Assembly: GCA_040905425.1 (NCBI GenBank)
Contig: JBBDRO010000100.1
Span: 133,536-184,301 of the forward strand
Direction of reading: 5' to 3'
From: Gemmatimonadota bacterium
GTDB lineage: Bacteria > Gemmatimonadota > Gemmatimonadetes > Longimicrobiales > RSA9
DNA length: 50,766 nucleotides
The first letter of the stretch is position 1. Each line of letters begins with the position of its first letter. Below, one piece after another: positions 41,054 to 50,766 of this stretch. The position numbers were made by a program, and so were the translations under genes. The notes below the pieces were generated by a model. It saw only the letters and a program-made list of their open reading frames with translations, searched no databases and was not told the origin of the DNA.

Positions 41054-42066
41054 GGGCGCTCCCCGCCGAAGTGGCTGAACGCCGGCCAGGGCGGCTCCAC
41101 CCGTGCGCCGTCCGGCAGGAGGAGCGCGGCGCCGCTGCCCTCACCCACGGTACCCACCCGGGTGAGCGGCAGTCCGAAGCGCTCCTCGAAGGCCGGGCGT
41201 ACGACCTGGACCTCATCCTCCGCCGCGGCAAAGCAGAGCTCGTAGTCGTCGCCAGAGGTGACGGCGGTGCGGAGCGCGGCGTCGGCATCCGCCGCGGCGG
41301 CCAGGGCGGCCGGATGAACGGGTATGGCGGCGCCCTCCAGGATGATACGCACGCCGCTCGCGGCGGCCAGGTGTCCGGCGTCCCCTCCCAGGCCGTCGGA
41401 CAGGTCGATCATGGCGTGCGGCACGCCGTGCTCCGACAGCCAGCGCGCCTCCGCCGTCCGCGGCACCGGCCGCGCAAAGGCACGGCGTGCGTCCGGGGAG
41501 GGCTCGGCGCCGCCCAGCCAGGCGGCCAGCGCTGCGCCGGCGGCGCCGAGGCGCCCGGTGACCCACAGGGTGTCACCCGCCAGGGCGCCACCGCGGAGCA
41601 CCGGCCCGCTCACCTGGCCGAGCACCACCACATCCAGCACGAGCGGTCCGGGTGAGCGCGTCAGATCGCCCCCGACCACCACGGCGCCGGCCGCAGCGGC
41701 GGCGCCGGCGGCCCCTTGCATCACACCCTCCGCGAAGGAGCCCGTATCCTCGGCACGGACCGCCATGGAGAGGAGCACCGCCGTGGGCAACGCCGCCACC
41801 GCCGCCAGGTCCGAGAGGGCGGCGGCCACGGCCCGCCAACCGATCTCCTCCGGCGTGAGCCAGGCACGACGGAAGTGGACCTCCTCCACCACCATGTCCG
41901 TGCTCACCGCCAGATCCGCTACACGCACCACGGCGCAATCATCGCCGGGACCGACCAGCACGGCGCCGCCCGCGGGCCGGCCACCCTCCCCTTGTGCCGC
42001 CACGAAGGTGCGGATACGGTCGAATTCCCCGCCGGGGCCGAGCCCAAGGTCGGCGGCGGCCGTCAC
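41050..42066 (-). CDS. thiL: Thiamine-monophosphate kinase
   Basis: GEFDRI, GPGDDCA, LSDLAA, GGDLT, IDLSDGL and GDDYELCF motifs; the GTG start overlaps the upstream TGA. Confidence 0.95.
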
Positions 42067-43739
42067 CGGACGGGTACCCGCACCGCACCCCGGGGCGTGG
42101 CCAGCCATAGGTGACCCCCCGCAGGGACGATGTCCAGGACGGGACCCACGCCAGAGCCGGCAGGCAGCGGGTAGGGATCCCATCCGCCGCTCGCCGGGTC
42201 GCGGCGCAGCAGACCGGTGGCACCACCCGCCCAGATTTCTTCCGGACCCGCGCGCAGCACGTACACGCCGCCCACGGCCTCCGCCCCCGCCAGCGGCGGA
42301 CGCCACCCCGTGAAGACGCGCTCCAGAAGACGTCCGCCCATGACGGTGAGGAGCACATCCCCGCTCGCGGCCACGGCCGTCACCACCCCGGGCGGATGAT
42401 CCGCGGGCCGAAAGACCCCCTGCGCCGCCGTCAGTGCCATGAGCCCCTGGTCACTGGCCACCCAGAGCGTGTCCCCCGCGGCGGCCAGGGCGTGCACCGC
42501 CCCACCCTGCAGATACGGACCGCCCACGACGCGTCCCGCGCCGTCCAGCCGCACCAGCCCGCGCCGGGTCCCAACCCAGACGCCGTCCTCGGCCCGGGCC
42601 AGCGCCCCCACCGCCAGGTCCGGCAGGCCGTCCCCCTCGCGCAACCGGATCCACCGGCCGTCCGCGGCCGGTCGGCCGGCGCCATCGAGCGCCAGACGAA
42701 AGAGCCCGTCCGCCGCTCCGGCCCAGACGGCGTCCGCCGTAGTCACGAGCGCCAGCACCGGCCCGCGCGGGGCCCCGTCCTCGGCGTTCCACCGCCACCA
42801 CTGCTCCAGGTCGGCGGTGGCCGCCGCCACACCGGCGCCGTCCCCACCGGCGGCGTCCCCGCCGAACCACACCAGCCCGGCGCCGCTCGACCCGCCGGCC
42901 CCGCCCGGCCCCCTTGCCCCACCCGGCCCCCTTGCCCCGCCCGCCACGGCGCCGGTGCCCGTGCCCGGCACGCCGGCGGCCCGCCACGGCTCCGCGCCGC
43001 GCGCACTCCAGCGCCGCACGCCCGCCCCGGCGGACCCGATCCAGAGCTCATCGCCGAAGTCGCCGCTGGCCACGGCGGTGAGCGGCCAGCGGCGGGCACC
43101 GGCGTCCAGCGCCAGCATGCCCGCGTCAGCCGCCAGATACGGATCGGCGGCCATGCGCTCCTCGAGGCTGGCCGCGGCGCGCCGCACCGCCGCGGGGGGG
43201 TCGGCCCCCGGCACCGGCTGGAGCGGCCCGCGGCCCAACCGGAGCCAGCCGCGGTCCGTGCGGATCCACAGGTCGCCAGCGCGATCCGTGGCCATGCCCC
43301 GCACCGCCTCCGGCACGCTGCCGCGGCGGGTCCAGAAGCCGCTGTTCAGATGGTGCAGGTAGAGGTCCCCACTGCGCGTGGCCACCCAGAGCCCGTTCTC
43401 CACCGGGTCGTGCGTGGCGGCGACCGGCGGGTCATTAGGGGGATAGCCGCCCAGCATTGGCAGCGGCGGATGCCAGCGCGCGCCGCGCAGGTCCAGCACG
43501 GCCACGCCGCTCGGGGCCACGACGAAGAGGCTGCGCGCGTCGGCCGCCAGCGCCCGGACGTCCGCAAGGTCACCCAGCACGAGCACCTCTTCGGGGCGGA
43601 TGGACCGAACCGGCTGACCGGCGAGCGGCGCCGCAAGCATCCCGAACGGTTCCGCCAGCATGCCGAGCGGAGCCGCGAGCATGGCCAGCGGTGCCGCGAG
43701 CAGGGCCAGCGCCGCCATCACCAGGAGGGCGCGCCTCAC
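42063..43739 (-). CDS. Secreted beta-propeller-repeat hypothetical protein
   Basis: Signal-like N-terminus; repeated xWVGT..GL blades (DGLPDLAVGALARAEDGVWVGTRRGL); GTGA coupling at both ends. Confidence 0.75.
   Translation of the reverse strand: MRRALLVMAALALLAAPLAMLAAPLGMLAEPFGMLAAPLAGQPVRSIRPEEVLVLGDLADVRALAADARSLFVVAPSGVAVLDLRGARWHPPLPMLGGYPPNDPPVAATHDPVENGLWVATRSGDLYLHHLNSGFWTRRGSVPEAVRGMATDRAGDLWIRTDRGWLRLGRGPLQPVPGADPPAAVRRAAASLEERMAADPYLAADAGMLALDAGARRWPLTAVASGDFGDELWIGSAGAGVRRWSARGAEPWRAAGVPGTGTGAVAGGARGPGGARGPGGAGGSSGAGLVWFGGDAAGGDGAGVAAATADLEQWWRWNAEDGAPRGPVLALVTTADAVWAGAADGLFRLALDGAGRPAADGRWIRLREGDGLPDLAVGALARAEDGVWVGTRRGLVRLDGAGRVVGGPYLQGGAVHALAAAGDTLWVASDQGLMALTAAQGVFRPADHPPGVVTAVAASGDVLLTVMGGRLLERVFTGWRPPLAGAEAVGGVYVLRAGPEEIWAGGATGLLRRDPASGGWDPYPLPAGSGVGPVLDIVPAGGHLWLATPRGAVRVPVR
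43621..43704. repeat. Four degenerate 21-bp tandem repeats in signal-peptide coding sequence
   Basis: Encodes LAAPLAM-LAAPLGM-LAEPFGM-LAAPLAG. Confidence 0.8.
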
Positions 43740-45292
43740 CGGCGCGACGGCTGGTCGAAGGTGACGAACGGCAGGCCCAGCGTGGAGGCCGCGGCGCCCG
43801 GCGCCGCGAGCGCGGCCGGGAAGGCCGCTGAAAGGTCGGCGGGCGCCAGCGCCGCGCCCCGCCCCGCCAGGTCGGCCGCACGCCCCCCGTAAAAGAGGCC
43901 CAGCGCTGCCGCCTCCGCCGCCGGGGCGCCCGCCGCCAGGAAGGCGGCCACCGTGCCCGCCAGGTGATCCCCCATGCCGCCGGTGCCGAGGTCCGAACTG
44001 CCGGTGGTGTTCACGAGCAGCCGGCCGTCGGGCCTGGCCACCACGGACGGCTGCCCCTTGAGGAGCACCGCGCAGCCGCACAGCGCGGCGGCCGCCCGGG
44101 CGGCCCCGGGAGGATCGACCGTGATGGATGCCACCTCACGATCCAGCAGGCGACCGAGCTCGCGCGGATGCGGCGTGAGCACGGCGGGCCGGCCAGCCAG
44201 CGCCGCCCCGAGCTCCTCCGCCCGGCCCTGGTAGAGGTTCAGGGCGTCCGCATCCAGGACGAGGGGCGTGGCACCCCGCCATGCCAGCACCCTTTCGAGG
44301 GCGGCGGACGCCTCCGCGTCGGTGCCCATCCCCGGTCCGGCCAGGATGGCGTCGGCCCGGGTCACGGCGTCCTCCTCGAGCTCGCTGCGATCCAGGAAGA
44401 TGGCGGCCGGCACGACGCCCTGGAGGATCGCGCGGTTGGCGGCCTGCGAAGCGATGTGCACGAGCCCGGCCCCGGCGGCCAGGGCACCCCCGGCGGCCAG
44501 CGCGGCGGCGCCGGCCATCCCCGCGCCTCCCGCCACGAGAAGGACGCGCCCCGCGCTCCCCTTGTGCGCGTCGGGTGCCCGCCGCGGGAGCCGTGCGGCC
44601 GCCCAGGCGGGGGTGACGAGCTCCGCGCCGATCAGCTCCTCGTCCAGGGGGGGGAAGCCGATCTCCACGGCCACCAGCCGCCCGCAGTGCGCCCGGGCCG
44701 GGTGGAAGAGCAGCCCCAACTTGGGCCAGCCGAACGATACGGTCACCTCGGCGCGCACCGCCGCCCCCTCAACCTGGCCGGTGGTGGCATCCACCCCCGA
44801 CGGGAGGTCGAGCGCCATCACGGGCGCCGCAGCGGCGTTCATGGCATGGATCCAGGCATCGGCGGGGGCGCGGGCGGCGCCGCGGGCGCCCGTGCCCAGC
44901 AGCGCGTCCACCAGCACGGCGGCGCCGGCCAGCGCCGCCGGCCCGTCATCCGCGCTCAGCACGGGCACCTCCCGACGGTGGGAAAGGGCGGCGTCGGGAG
45001 GGGTGCCGTCCGCCGGCAGAAGGACCGCGTTCCGGCCCCAGCCGCGCAGCGTGCGCGCCAGGACGGCGCCATCGCCGCCGTTGTGGCCGCGGCCGGTGAG
45101 CACCACCACCGGTCCTGTGGGGAAGAGGCGCGCCACGATCAGGGCGGCGGCACGCCCCGCGTTTTCCATGAGGACCCGTTCCGGAATGCCGCAATGCTCC
45201 CGGGCGCGCAGGTCTGCCTCAGCCGACTGCGCGGCGGTGAGGAGCGGCACATGTAGCGCGCCGTGGACGGCAACGGCTCCCGTCCCGTTCAT
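43736..45292 (-). CDS. nnr: Bifunctional NAD(P)H-hydrate epimerase/dehydratase (NnrE-NnrD)
   Basis: LMENAG, GRGHNGGDG, DALLGTG, DLPSG, HKGSAG, DADAL, TPHPRE and GGMGD motifs. Confidence 0.95.
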   Translation of the reverse strand: MNGTGAVAVHGALHVPLLTAAQSAEADLRAREHCGIPERVLMENAGRAAALIVARLFPTGPVVVLTGRGHNGGDGAVLARTLRGWGRNAVLLPADGTPPDAALSHRREVPVLSADDGPAALAGAAVLVDALLGTGARGAARAPADAWIHAMNAAAAPVMALDLPSGVDATTGQVEGAAVRAEVTVSFGWPKLGLLFHPARAHCGRLVAVEIGFPPLDEELIGAELVTPAWAAARLPRRAPDAHKGSAGRVLLVAGGAGMAGAAALAAGGALAAGAGLVHIASQAANRAILQGVVPAAIFLDRSELEEDAVTRADAILAGPGMGTDAEASAALERVLAWRGATPLVLDADALNLYQGRAEELGAALAGRPAVLTPHPRELGRLLDREVASITVDPPGAARAAAALCGCAVLLKGQPSVVARPDGRLLVNTTGSSDLGTGGMGDHLAGTVAAFLAAGAPAAEAAALGLFYGGRAADLAGRGAALAPADLSAAFPAALAAPGAAASTLGLPFVTFDQPSRR

Positions 45293-45347
45293 GGTGTTCG
45301 GGTGGTCGCGAGGTGGGGCCAGGGCGCGGGCACCCGCGGCCCGGGTG

Positions 45348-45548
45348 CTACTTGTAGCTCTGGCCGATCGTTCGGCCCAGGCTGATCTCACCGTTGTCAA
45401 TGCGGATGTTGAAGCCGCATTCGGGATTGGAGCAGACCCAGGCCTTGAAGGTGATGGGGGCGCCGTCGCGCCCGTAGTCGGAAAGCGGGAGCATGGTGCC
45501 CTCGCTGCACTTGCGGCAATCCGGGTACTGCACGGGCGTATCCGCCAT
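45348..45548 (-). CDS. Small zinc-ribbon-like hypothetical protein (66 aa)
   Basis: CRKC...WVCSNPECG; strong purine-rich RBS. Confidence 0.8.
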   Translation of the reverse strand: MADTPVQYPDCRKCSEGTMLPLSDYGRDGAPITFKAWVCSNPECGFNIRIDNGEISLGRTIGQSYK

Positions 45549-45696
45549 GGCTCGTTCCCCCTCCCCTCGTCTGTACGCGGATGCAGGTGGCCACGGGGCA
45601 CGTCCCCCGCACGCCAGCCCTGTAGGTGTAACAGCCGCCGGTACGCGGCGCCAGAGCCACGCATCGCCGCCGGGGCCCCGGCGTGGGCCAGCAGGC

Positions 45697-46074
45697 CTAC
45701 CGCTCACCCCAGGGATACCCCTCGTCGAAGGCCTGGTCGAAATCGAAGACGTCCTCGAAATCGTCCGGGATATCGTCCTCCTGCTTGATGAGCACTCCGC
45801 ATTCCACCAGCGCGAAGACCACGTCCCCCACGTTGCGCGTGTTGCGAATGCCCCAGTGGTGCAGCACGGTGCGCGCCATGGGCCCGAAGCGGTCCAACGC
45901 CAGCTCCCTGACGCCCTGGGCCAGTTCGGTGCCACTCACGTGCCGGGGCTCCGGCAGTGCCCGGATGACGTGGTGGAGTGCCGACAGCACGAACAGGTAC
46001 GCCTCCTCGGAGAAGCGCGGCTGCAGGCGCCGCAGGTTGTCCAGCACCTCGTCGTCGAAGACGATGGGGTTCAC
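45697..46074 (-). CDS. Minf_1886-family conserved protein
   Basis: [38 protein letters not shown] and D..DDF motifs; the GTG start overlaps the glyA stop. Confidence 0.8.
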   Translation of the reverse strand: MNPIVFDDEVLDNLRRLQPRFSEEAYLFVLSALHHVIRALPEPRHVSGTELAQGVRELALDRFGPMARTVLHHWGIRNTRNVGDVVFALVECGVLIKQEDDIPDDFEDVFDFDQAFDEGYPWGER

Positions 46075-47342
46075 GTTGCCGCGGCGTGCTCGCGCCGGAA
46101 GCGCGGATAGATGGGGAACGAGGCGGTCAGGTCGGCCACCTGGCCGGCTACCCGCTCGGCCACCACCACGTCCTCGGAACGGTCCAGGATATCGGCCATC
46201 CAACCGCCGATGGCACGCAGTTCCTCCTCACCCATGCCGCGGGTGGTCAACGCGGCCACGCCGATGCGGATGCCCGAGGTGACGAAGGGTGAGCGGGTCT
46301 CCCCCGGTACGGTGTTCTTGTTGGTGGTGATGCGGGCGCGCTCGAGCGCGGCCTCCGCCTGCTTACCGGTCAGCTCCCCCTTGTTGCGCAGGTCCACCAG
46401 CAGCAGGTGGTTGTCCGTCCCGCCGCTCACCAGGTTGAAGCCGCGGGCCAGGAGCGTCTCGGCCAGCGCCTGCGCGTTGGTGACTACCTGGCGGGCGTAA
46501 GTCTGGAAGCCAGGCTCGGCGGCCTCGGCGAAGGCCACCGCCTTGGCGGCAATGACATGCATGAGCGGGCCGCCCTGCATGCCGGGGAAGACCTGCTTGT
46601 CGATGGCCTTGCCCAGCGCACCACGCGTCAGCACGAAACCGCCGCGCGGCCCGCGCAGCGTCTTGTGCGTCGTGGAGGTGACGATGTCGGCGTGCGGGAC
46701 GGGGCTGGGGTGCACGCCACCCGCCACCAGGCCGGCGATGTGGGCCATGTCCACCACGAGCGTGGCCTCCACCTCGGCGGCCACGGCGGCGAAGGCCTCG
46801 AAGTCGATGATGCGGGGGTAGGCACTGGCGCCCGCCACGATCACGCGGGGTCGCACGCGCCGCGCCGTCTCCCGCATGGCGTTGTAGTCAATGCGACCGG
46901 CCTCCGCGGAGACGCCGTAGGAGGACGCCTCGTAGAGCTGACCGCTGAAGTTGACGGGCGAGCCGTGCGTCAGGTGACCACCGTGGGAGAGGTCCATGCC
47001 CAGCAGGCGGTCACCAGGCTTCATGACGGCCAGGTAGGCGGCCATGTTGGCCTGCGCGCCCGAGTGCGGCTGGACGTTGGCATGCTCGGCGCCGAAGAGG
47101 GCGCAGGCCCGCTCGATGGCCAGCCGTTCGACCACGTCCACGTGCTCGCAGCCGCCGTAGTAGCGCTTGCCCGGATAACCCTCGGCGTACTTGTTCGTGA
47201 GCACCGAGCCCATGGCCTGCAGCACCGCCACGGACGCGAAGTTCTCACTGGCAATGAGCTCGAGCCCGTCATTCTGGCGGCCCGCCTCGGCGGTGACCGC
47301 CGCGAAGATGTCAGGGTCCTGCCCCTGCAATTCGTCGATCAT
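46071..47342 (-). CDS. glyA: Serine hydroxymethyltransferase
   Basis: [29 protein letters not shown] and [12 protein letters not shown] (PLP lysine). Confidence 0.99.
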   Translation of the reverse strand: MIDELQGQDPDIFAAVTAEAGRQNDGLELIASENFASVAVLQAMGSVLTNKYAEGYPGKRYYGGCEHVDVVERLAIERACALFGAEHANVQPHSGAQANMAAYLAVMKPGDRLLGMDLSHGGHLTHGSPVNFSGQLYEASSYGVSAEAGRIDYNAMRETARRVRPRVIVAGASAYPRIIDFEAFAAVAAEVEATLVVDMAHIAGLVAGGVHPSPVPHADIVTSTTHKTLRGPRGGFVLTRGALGKAIDKQVFPGMQGGPLMHVIAAKAVAFAEAAEPGFQTYARQVVTNAQALAETLLARGFNLVSGGTDNHLLLVDLRNKGELTGKQAEAALERARITTNKNTVPGETRSPFVTSGIRIGVAALTTRGMGEEELRAIGGWMADILDRSEDVVVAERVAGQVADLTASFPIYPRFRREHAAAT

Positions 47343-47430
47343 ACTCGTCTCACGTCGGCGCCTCGGCGCGCCGGTCCCCGGGTGGTGGGAGGGCGTCCGG
47401 CGACGGCTTCGCCGCCGGACGTAACAACCG

Positions 47431-48486
47431 TCAGATCCAGCTCCGCTTGAGCGAGGCCACCTGTTCGATGCGCCGCTCGGCGAAGCGATCCGCGGCCTCG
47501 TGGGTGGTGATCCCCTGCTCCTTGGCCAGCTCGAAGAGTGCCAGGAGCGTGTCGTGGATCTCACCCGCCTTGCGGTTGGCTCGATCCGCGGACCAGCCGT
47601 TCAGTTCACCGTAGACGTTGATGAGCCCGCCGGCGTTGATCACGTAGTCGGGTGCGTAGAGGATGCCCTTGGCCTCGATCTCGTCCCCGTGCCGCTCCTC
47701 GGCCAGCTGGTTGTTGGCCGCGCCGGCCACGATGTCGAACTTGAACTGGGGCAGCGTCTTGTCATTGATCACGGCGCCCAGCGCGCACGGCGCGAAGATC
47801 TCCGCCTGCACCCCGTAGATGGCGTCGATGTCCACCGCCTCCGCGCGGAACTCGTCCACCACCTTCTTCACGCGCTCGGCATCGATGTCCGTAACAACGA
47901 GCTTCGCGCCCTCGGCGGCCAGATAACCGCACAGATAGTACCCCACGTGGCCCACACCCTGCACCGCCACCGTCCTGCCCTCGAGCGAATCGTTGCCGTA
48001 CTTCTCCATTGCGCAGGCCTTGACGCCGCGGTAGGTCCCGTACGCCGTCACCGGCGATGGGTCACCCGAGCCCCCCGCCACGCCGGTGACGAACTCCGTC
48101 TCCATCTCCACGTAGTCCATGTCCTCGACGCTCGTACCCACGTCCTCCGCGGTGATATAGCGGCCCTTCAGGCTGTCCACGAAGCGGCCGTGGGCGCGGA
48201 AGATCATCTCCCTGCGCTTGGTCCGGTTGTCCCCGATGATGACGGCCTTACCGCCGCCCAGGTTGAGCCCCGCCACGGCGGCCTTGTACGTCATGCCGCG
48301 GCTCAGGCGGAGCACGTCCTCCAGCGCCTCGTCATCGGACGCGTAGTTCCAGAACCGCGTGCCGCCGAGCGCGGGGCCGAGCGTGGTGTCGTGGATGGCG
48401 ATGATGCCGCGAAAGCCGCTCGTGGGTTCGTGGCAGTAGACCACCTGCTCGTGCCCGTGCTCGGCGATCCTGTCGAACATTTTCAT
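47431..48486 (-). CDS. Leucine dehydrogenase (Glu/Leu/Phe/Val dehydrogenase family)
   Basis: [43 protein letters not shown] and [11 protein letters not shown] motifs. Confidence 0.95.
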   Translation of the reverse strand: MKMFDRIAEHGHEQVVYCHEPTSGFRGIIAIHDTTLGPALGGTRFWNYASDDEALEDVLRLSRGMTYKAAVAGLNLGGGKAVIIGDNRTKRREMIFRAHGRFVDSLKGRYITAEDVGTSVEDMDYVEMETEFVTGVAGGSGDPSPVTAYGTYRGVKACAMEKYGNDSLEGRTVAVQGVGHVGYYLCGYLAAEGAKLVVTDIDAERVKKVVDEFRAEAVDIDAIYGVQAEIFAPCALGAVINDKTLPQFKFDIVAGAANNQLAEERHGDEIEAKGILYAPDYVINAGGLINVYGELNGWSADRANRKAGEIHDTLLALFELAKEQGITTHEAADRFAERRIEQVASLKRSWI

Positions 48487-48535
48487 GCTCTCTCCTTCAG
48501 TACCGGCCCGCACGTGGACGTGCGCCCGATGTGAA

Positions 48536-49636
48536 TCAATGCTGGTAGAGTCCACGCGCGATCTCCACGCGCAGGATCTCGCTGCTTCCTTCCAGGATCT
48601 CGGTTGCCTTGGCGTCCCGCATGAGCTTCTCCACGGGATAATCCCGCATGTAGCCGTAGCCGCCGAAGATCTGAACCGCCTCGTTGGAGACCTTCATGGC
48701 CGTGCTCGAAGCCGTGAGCTTGGCCTCCGCAGCCACCCGGGCACCGGGCAGCGTTGCCGCCGCCATCGTGGCCGCGCGCGCCGCCCCCACGCCCGCCGCC
48801 ATGTCCGCCAGTTTGAACTGAATGCCTTCGAACGCGCGGATCGGCCGGCCGAACTGCTCCCGCTCGTCCGCGTAGCGGATGGCATGGTCCAGCGCGGCCT
48901 GACCGATGCCCACCGCCACGGCCGCGTAGGCCAGGCGCGCGGTGGCCGCCACGGCCGCCAGGAGCTGGAGGCCGTCCTCACCCACGCGTGCGCCCTCCTC
49001 CACCGTAACACCCGCCAGCTCCACGTCCGTGAGGCCCAGGGTGCGCAGCCCGAGGGACGCCGGGCCAGCCGCCAGACTGACGCCCGCGGTCGCCTTCGGC
49101 ACCAGGAAGAGGCCGGTCCCATCCTGGCCGGTGCCGGCGAGTACGGCCAGCACGCCGGCGGTGGCCGCGCCGGGCACGAACGCCTTGCGACCGTTCAGCA
49201 GCCAACCCTGGCCCCCCGCCTCCGCCCCGGTGCCGGCGGCGGCGGGCGCCGCGTCCGAGCCCTGGGCTTCGGCAACGGCGCGCGTCCCGATGCTCTGCCC
49301 GCCGGCCAGCGCGTCCAGCCAGCGCTGCCGGACGGCGCCGCCGGTCCCCTCCACCACGAGCGCCGAAACCAGGGTGCTCTCCGCCACGGCGAGCGCCACA
49401 CCGGGCTCCCCCCACGCCAGCTCCTCGAGGACGGCCACGTACTGCGGCAGGGTAAAGCCCAGACCGCCGTCGACCTCGGGCACCAGCATGCCCAGGAAGC
49501 CCAGCTCGGCCAGCTGGGCCAGGACGGCCGGGTCGAAAGCCCCGTCGTGGTCCCACGCCTCCGTGTGGGGGCGCAACTCGGCCGCCGCGAATTCGCGGGC
49601 CAGCTGGCGGATCTCCTGGAGGTCGGCTTCACTCAT
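48536..49636 (-). CDS. Acyl-CoA dehydrogenase family protein
   Basis: GSDA, LNGRKAFV, REQFGRPI, QIFGGYGY and RDAKATEILEG motifs. Confidence 0.93.
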   Translation of the reverse strand: MSEADLQEIRQLAREFAAAELRPHTEAWDHDGAFDPAVLAQLAELGFLGMLVPEVDGGLGFTLPQYVAVLEELAWGEPGVALAVAESTLVSALVVEGTGGAVRQRWLDALAGGQSIGTRAVAEAQGSDAAPAAAGTGAEAGGQGWLLNGRKAFVPGAATAGVLAVLAGTGQDGTGLFLVPKATAGVSLAAGPASLGLRTLGLTDVELAGVTVEEGARVGEDGLQLLAAVAATARLAYAAVAVGIGQAALDHAIRYADEREQFGRPIRAFEGIQFKLADMAAGVGAARAATMAAATLPGARVAAEAKLTASSTAMKVSNEAVQIFGGYGYMRDYPVEKLMRDAKATEILEGSSEILRVEIARGLYQH

Positions 49637-50490
49637 GCGTCAGTGTACCCGTGGAAGCCGCGGCCGCTCTTGCGACCCAGCCAACCGGCGGCCACGTACT
49701 TCCGCAGGAGGGGACAGGGGCGGTACTTGGGATCCCCCAGATCACGATGCATCACTTCCAGGATGTTCAGACACGTGTCCAGGCCGATCAGGTCGGCCAG
49801 GGCCAGCGGCCCCATGGGATGATTCATCCCCAGCTTCATCACGGTGTCCACGGCCTCCGGCTCCGCCACGCCCTCCATGACGCAGTAGATGGCCTCGTTG
49901 ATCATGGGCATGAGCACGCGATTGGACACGAAGCCGGGAAAATCGTTCACCTCCACGGGCGTCTTGCCCAGCTCCCGCGCCAGCCCCATCACCGTGGCCG
50001 TGGTGCCGTCCGAGGTCTGCAGGCCGCGGATCACCTCCACCAGCGCCATGACCGGCACGGGGTTCATGAAGTGCATGCCGATACAGCGCTCCGGACGCTC
50101 CACGGAGGTGGCCAGATCGGTGATGGAGATGGATGAGGTGTTGGACCCGATGATGGCGTCGGGAGCGGCGGAAGCGACGTCGCCTAACACCTCCCGCTTG
50201 AGTGCCATCACCTCCGGGACCGCCTCCACCACGAGGCCGGCGCCCGCGGCGGCGCCCCGGTCCGTGCTCGTGCTCAGACGCTCCAGCGTGCTGTCCTTGC
50301 CTTCCTCGGACAGCGCGCCCTTCTTGACCTGTCGGTCCAGATTCTTGCCGATGGTGGCGAGCGCCTTCTCGAGCGGCCCATCGGCCACGTCGATGAGCGT
50401 CACCGGGTGCCCGTGCTGCGCGAAGACGTGCGCGATGCCGTTGCCCATCGTCCCCGCCCCCACCACCGCGATCCGCATCCGCTCCGTCAT
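49633..50490 (-). CDS. hbd: 3-hydroxybutyryl-CoA dehydrogenase
   Basis: VVGAGTMGNGIA, SNTSS, GMHFMNPVP, PGFVSNR and HPMGPL motifs. Confidence 0.93.
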   Translation of the reverse strand: MTERMRIAVVGAGTMGNGIAHVFAQHGHPVTLIDVADGPLEKALATIGKNLDRQVKKGALSEEGKDSTLERLSTSTDRGAAAGAGLVVEAVPEVMALKREVLGDVASAAPDAIIGSNTSSISITDLATSVERPERCIGMHFMNPVPVMALVEVIRGLQTSDGTTATVMGLARELGKTPVEVNDFPGFVSNRVLMPMINEAIYCVMEGVAEPEAVDTVMKLGMNHPMGPLALADLIGLDTCLNILEVMHRDLGDPKYRPCPLLRKYVAAGWLGRKSGRGFHGYTDA

Positions 50491-50500
50491 CTCCCCTCCC

Positions 50501-50766
50501 CTATCCATTGATGAGCGGCGCCAGCGCACGCATGCGCGGCGCCATGCCGAGGCGGGGCCAGCGCAGCACGGCGAGCAGCGCGACGGCGAACCCGATGGTC
50601 CCCACCACCCCGCCCTCCGGTCCGAACGCCCCGCCCGTGAACCATGCGGCACCCCCTGTGACCGGCTCGTAGAACGGCGCATCCACCAGCGCGATGCCGC
50701 TCACCGGCAGATCGAAGAGGGAGGCCATGCTCCAGTTCCAGCCCAGGTGCACGGCCGTGGCGAACC
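50501..50766 (-). CDS. CPBP (Abi/CAAX) intramembrane metalloprotease, 3' part only
   Basis: AVHLGWN motif and GGAFGPEG in a hydrophobic context; the 5' end lies outside the window. Confidence 0.75.
   Translation of the reverse strand, partial: FATAVHLGWNWSMASLFDLPVSGIALVDAPFYEPVTGGAAWFTGGAFGPEGGVVGTIGFAVALLAVLRWPRLGMAPRMRALAPLING

Overview
High-GC bacterial chromosome segment; gene content and order suggest Gemmatimonadota, but this is inference. The flanks are housekeeping: ftsH-hpt-tilS on the left, and tRNA(CAT)-ftsB-eno-plsC-thiL-nnr-glyA-leucine dehydrogenase-acyl-CoA dehydrogenase-hbd on the right. The middle (about 8.2-33.8 kb) is the interesting part. A secreted NHL/6-bladed beta-propeller gene and an MFP-TolC-two-permease RND operon are followed by two visibly lower-GC cassettes (18.9-25.1 kb and 27.6-30.5 kb) on either side of an acyl-CoA synthetase gene. 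Neither cassette has an integrase. Each is bracketed by a diverged duplicate of the neighbouring gene end: 135 bp of RND permease 3' coding sequence for cassette 1, and the roughly 65-bp terminator of a tricorn/S41 protease gene for cassette 2. Both carry the same module: a beta-propeller lipoprotein gene closely coupled to a signal-peptide, Cys/His-rich protein with a variable N-domain and a conserved C-domain, plus a dedicated regulator. Cassette 1 has a sigma-54 activator and a near-consensus -24/-12 promoter, a DsbA-like oxidoreductase and an 8-Cys 60-aa secreted peptide; cassette 2 has an ECF sigma factor. This looks like a candidate undescribed, swappable secreted-disulfide-protein/propeller system (toxin-immunity, signal-receptor or peptide maturation); its function is not established from the sequence.
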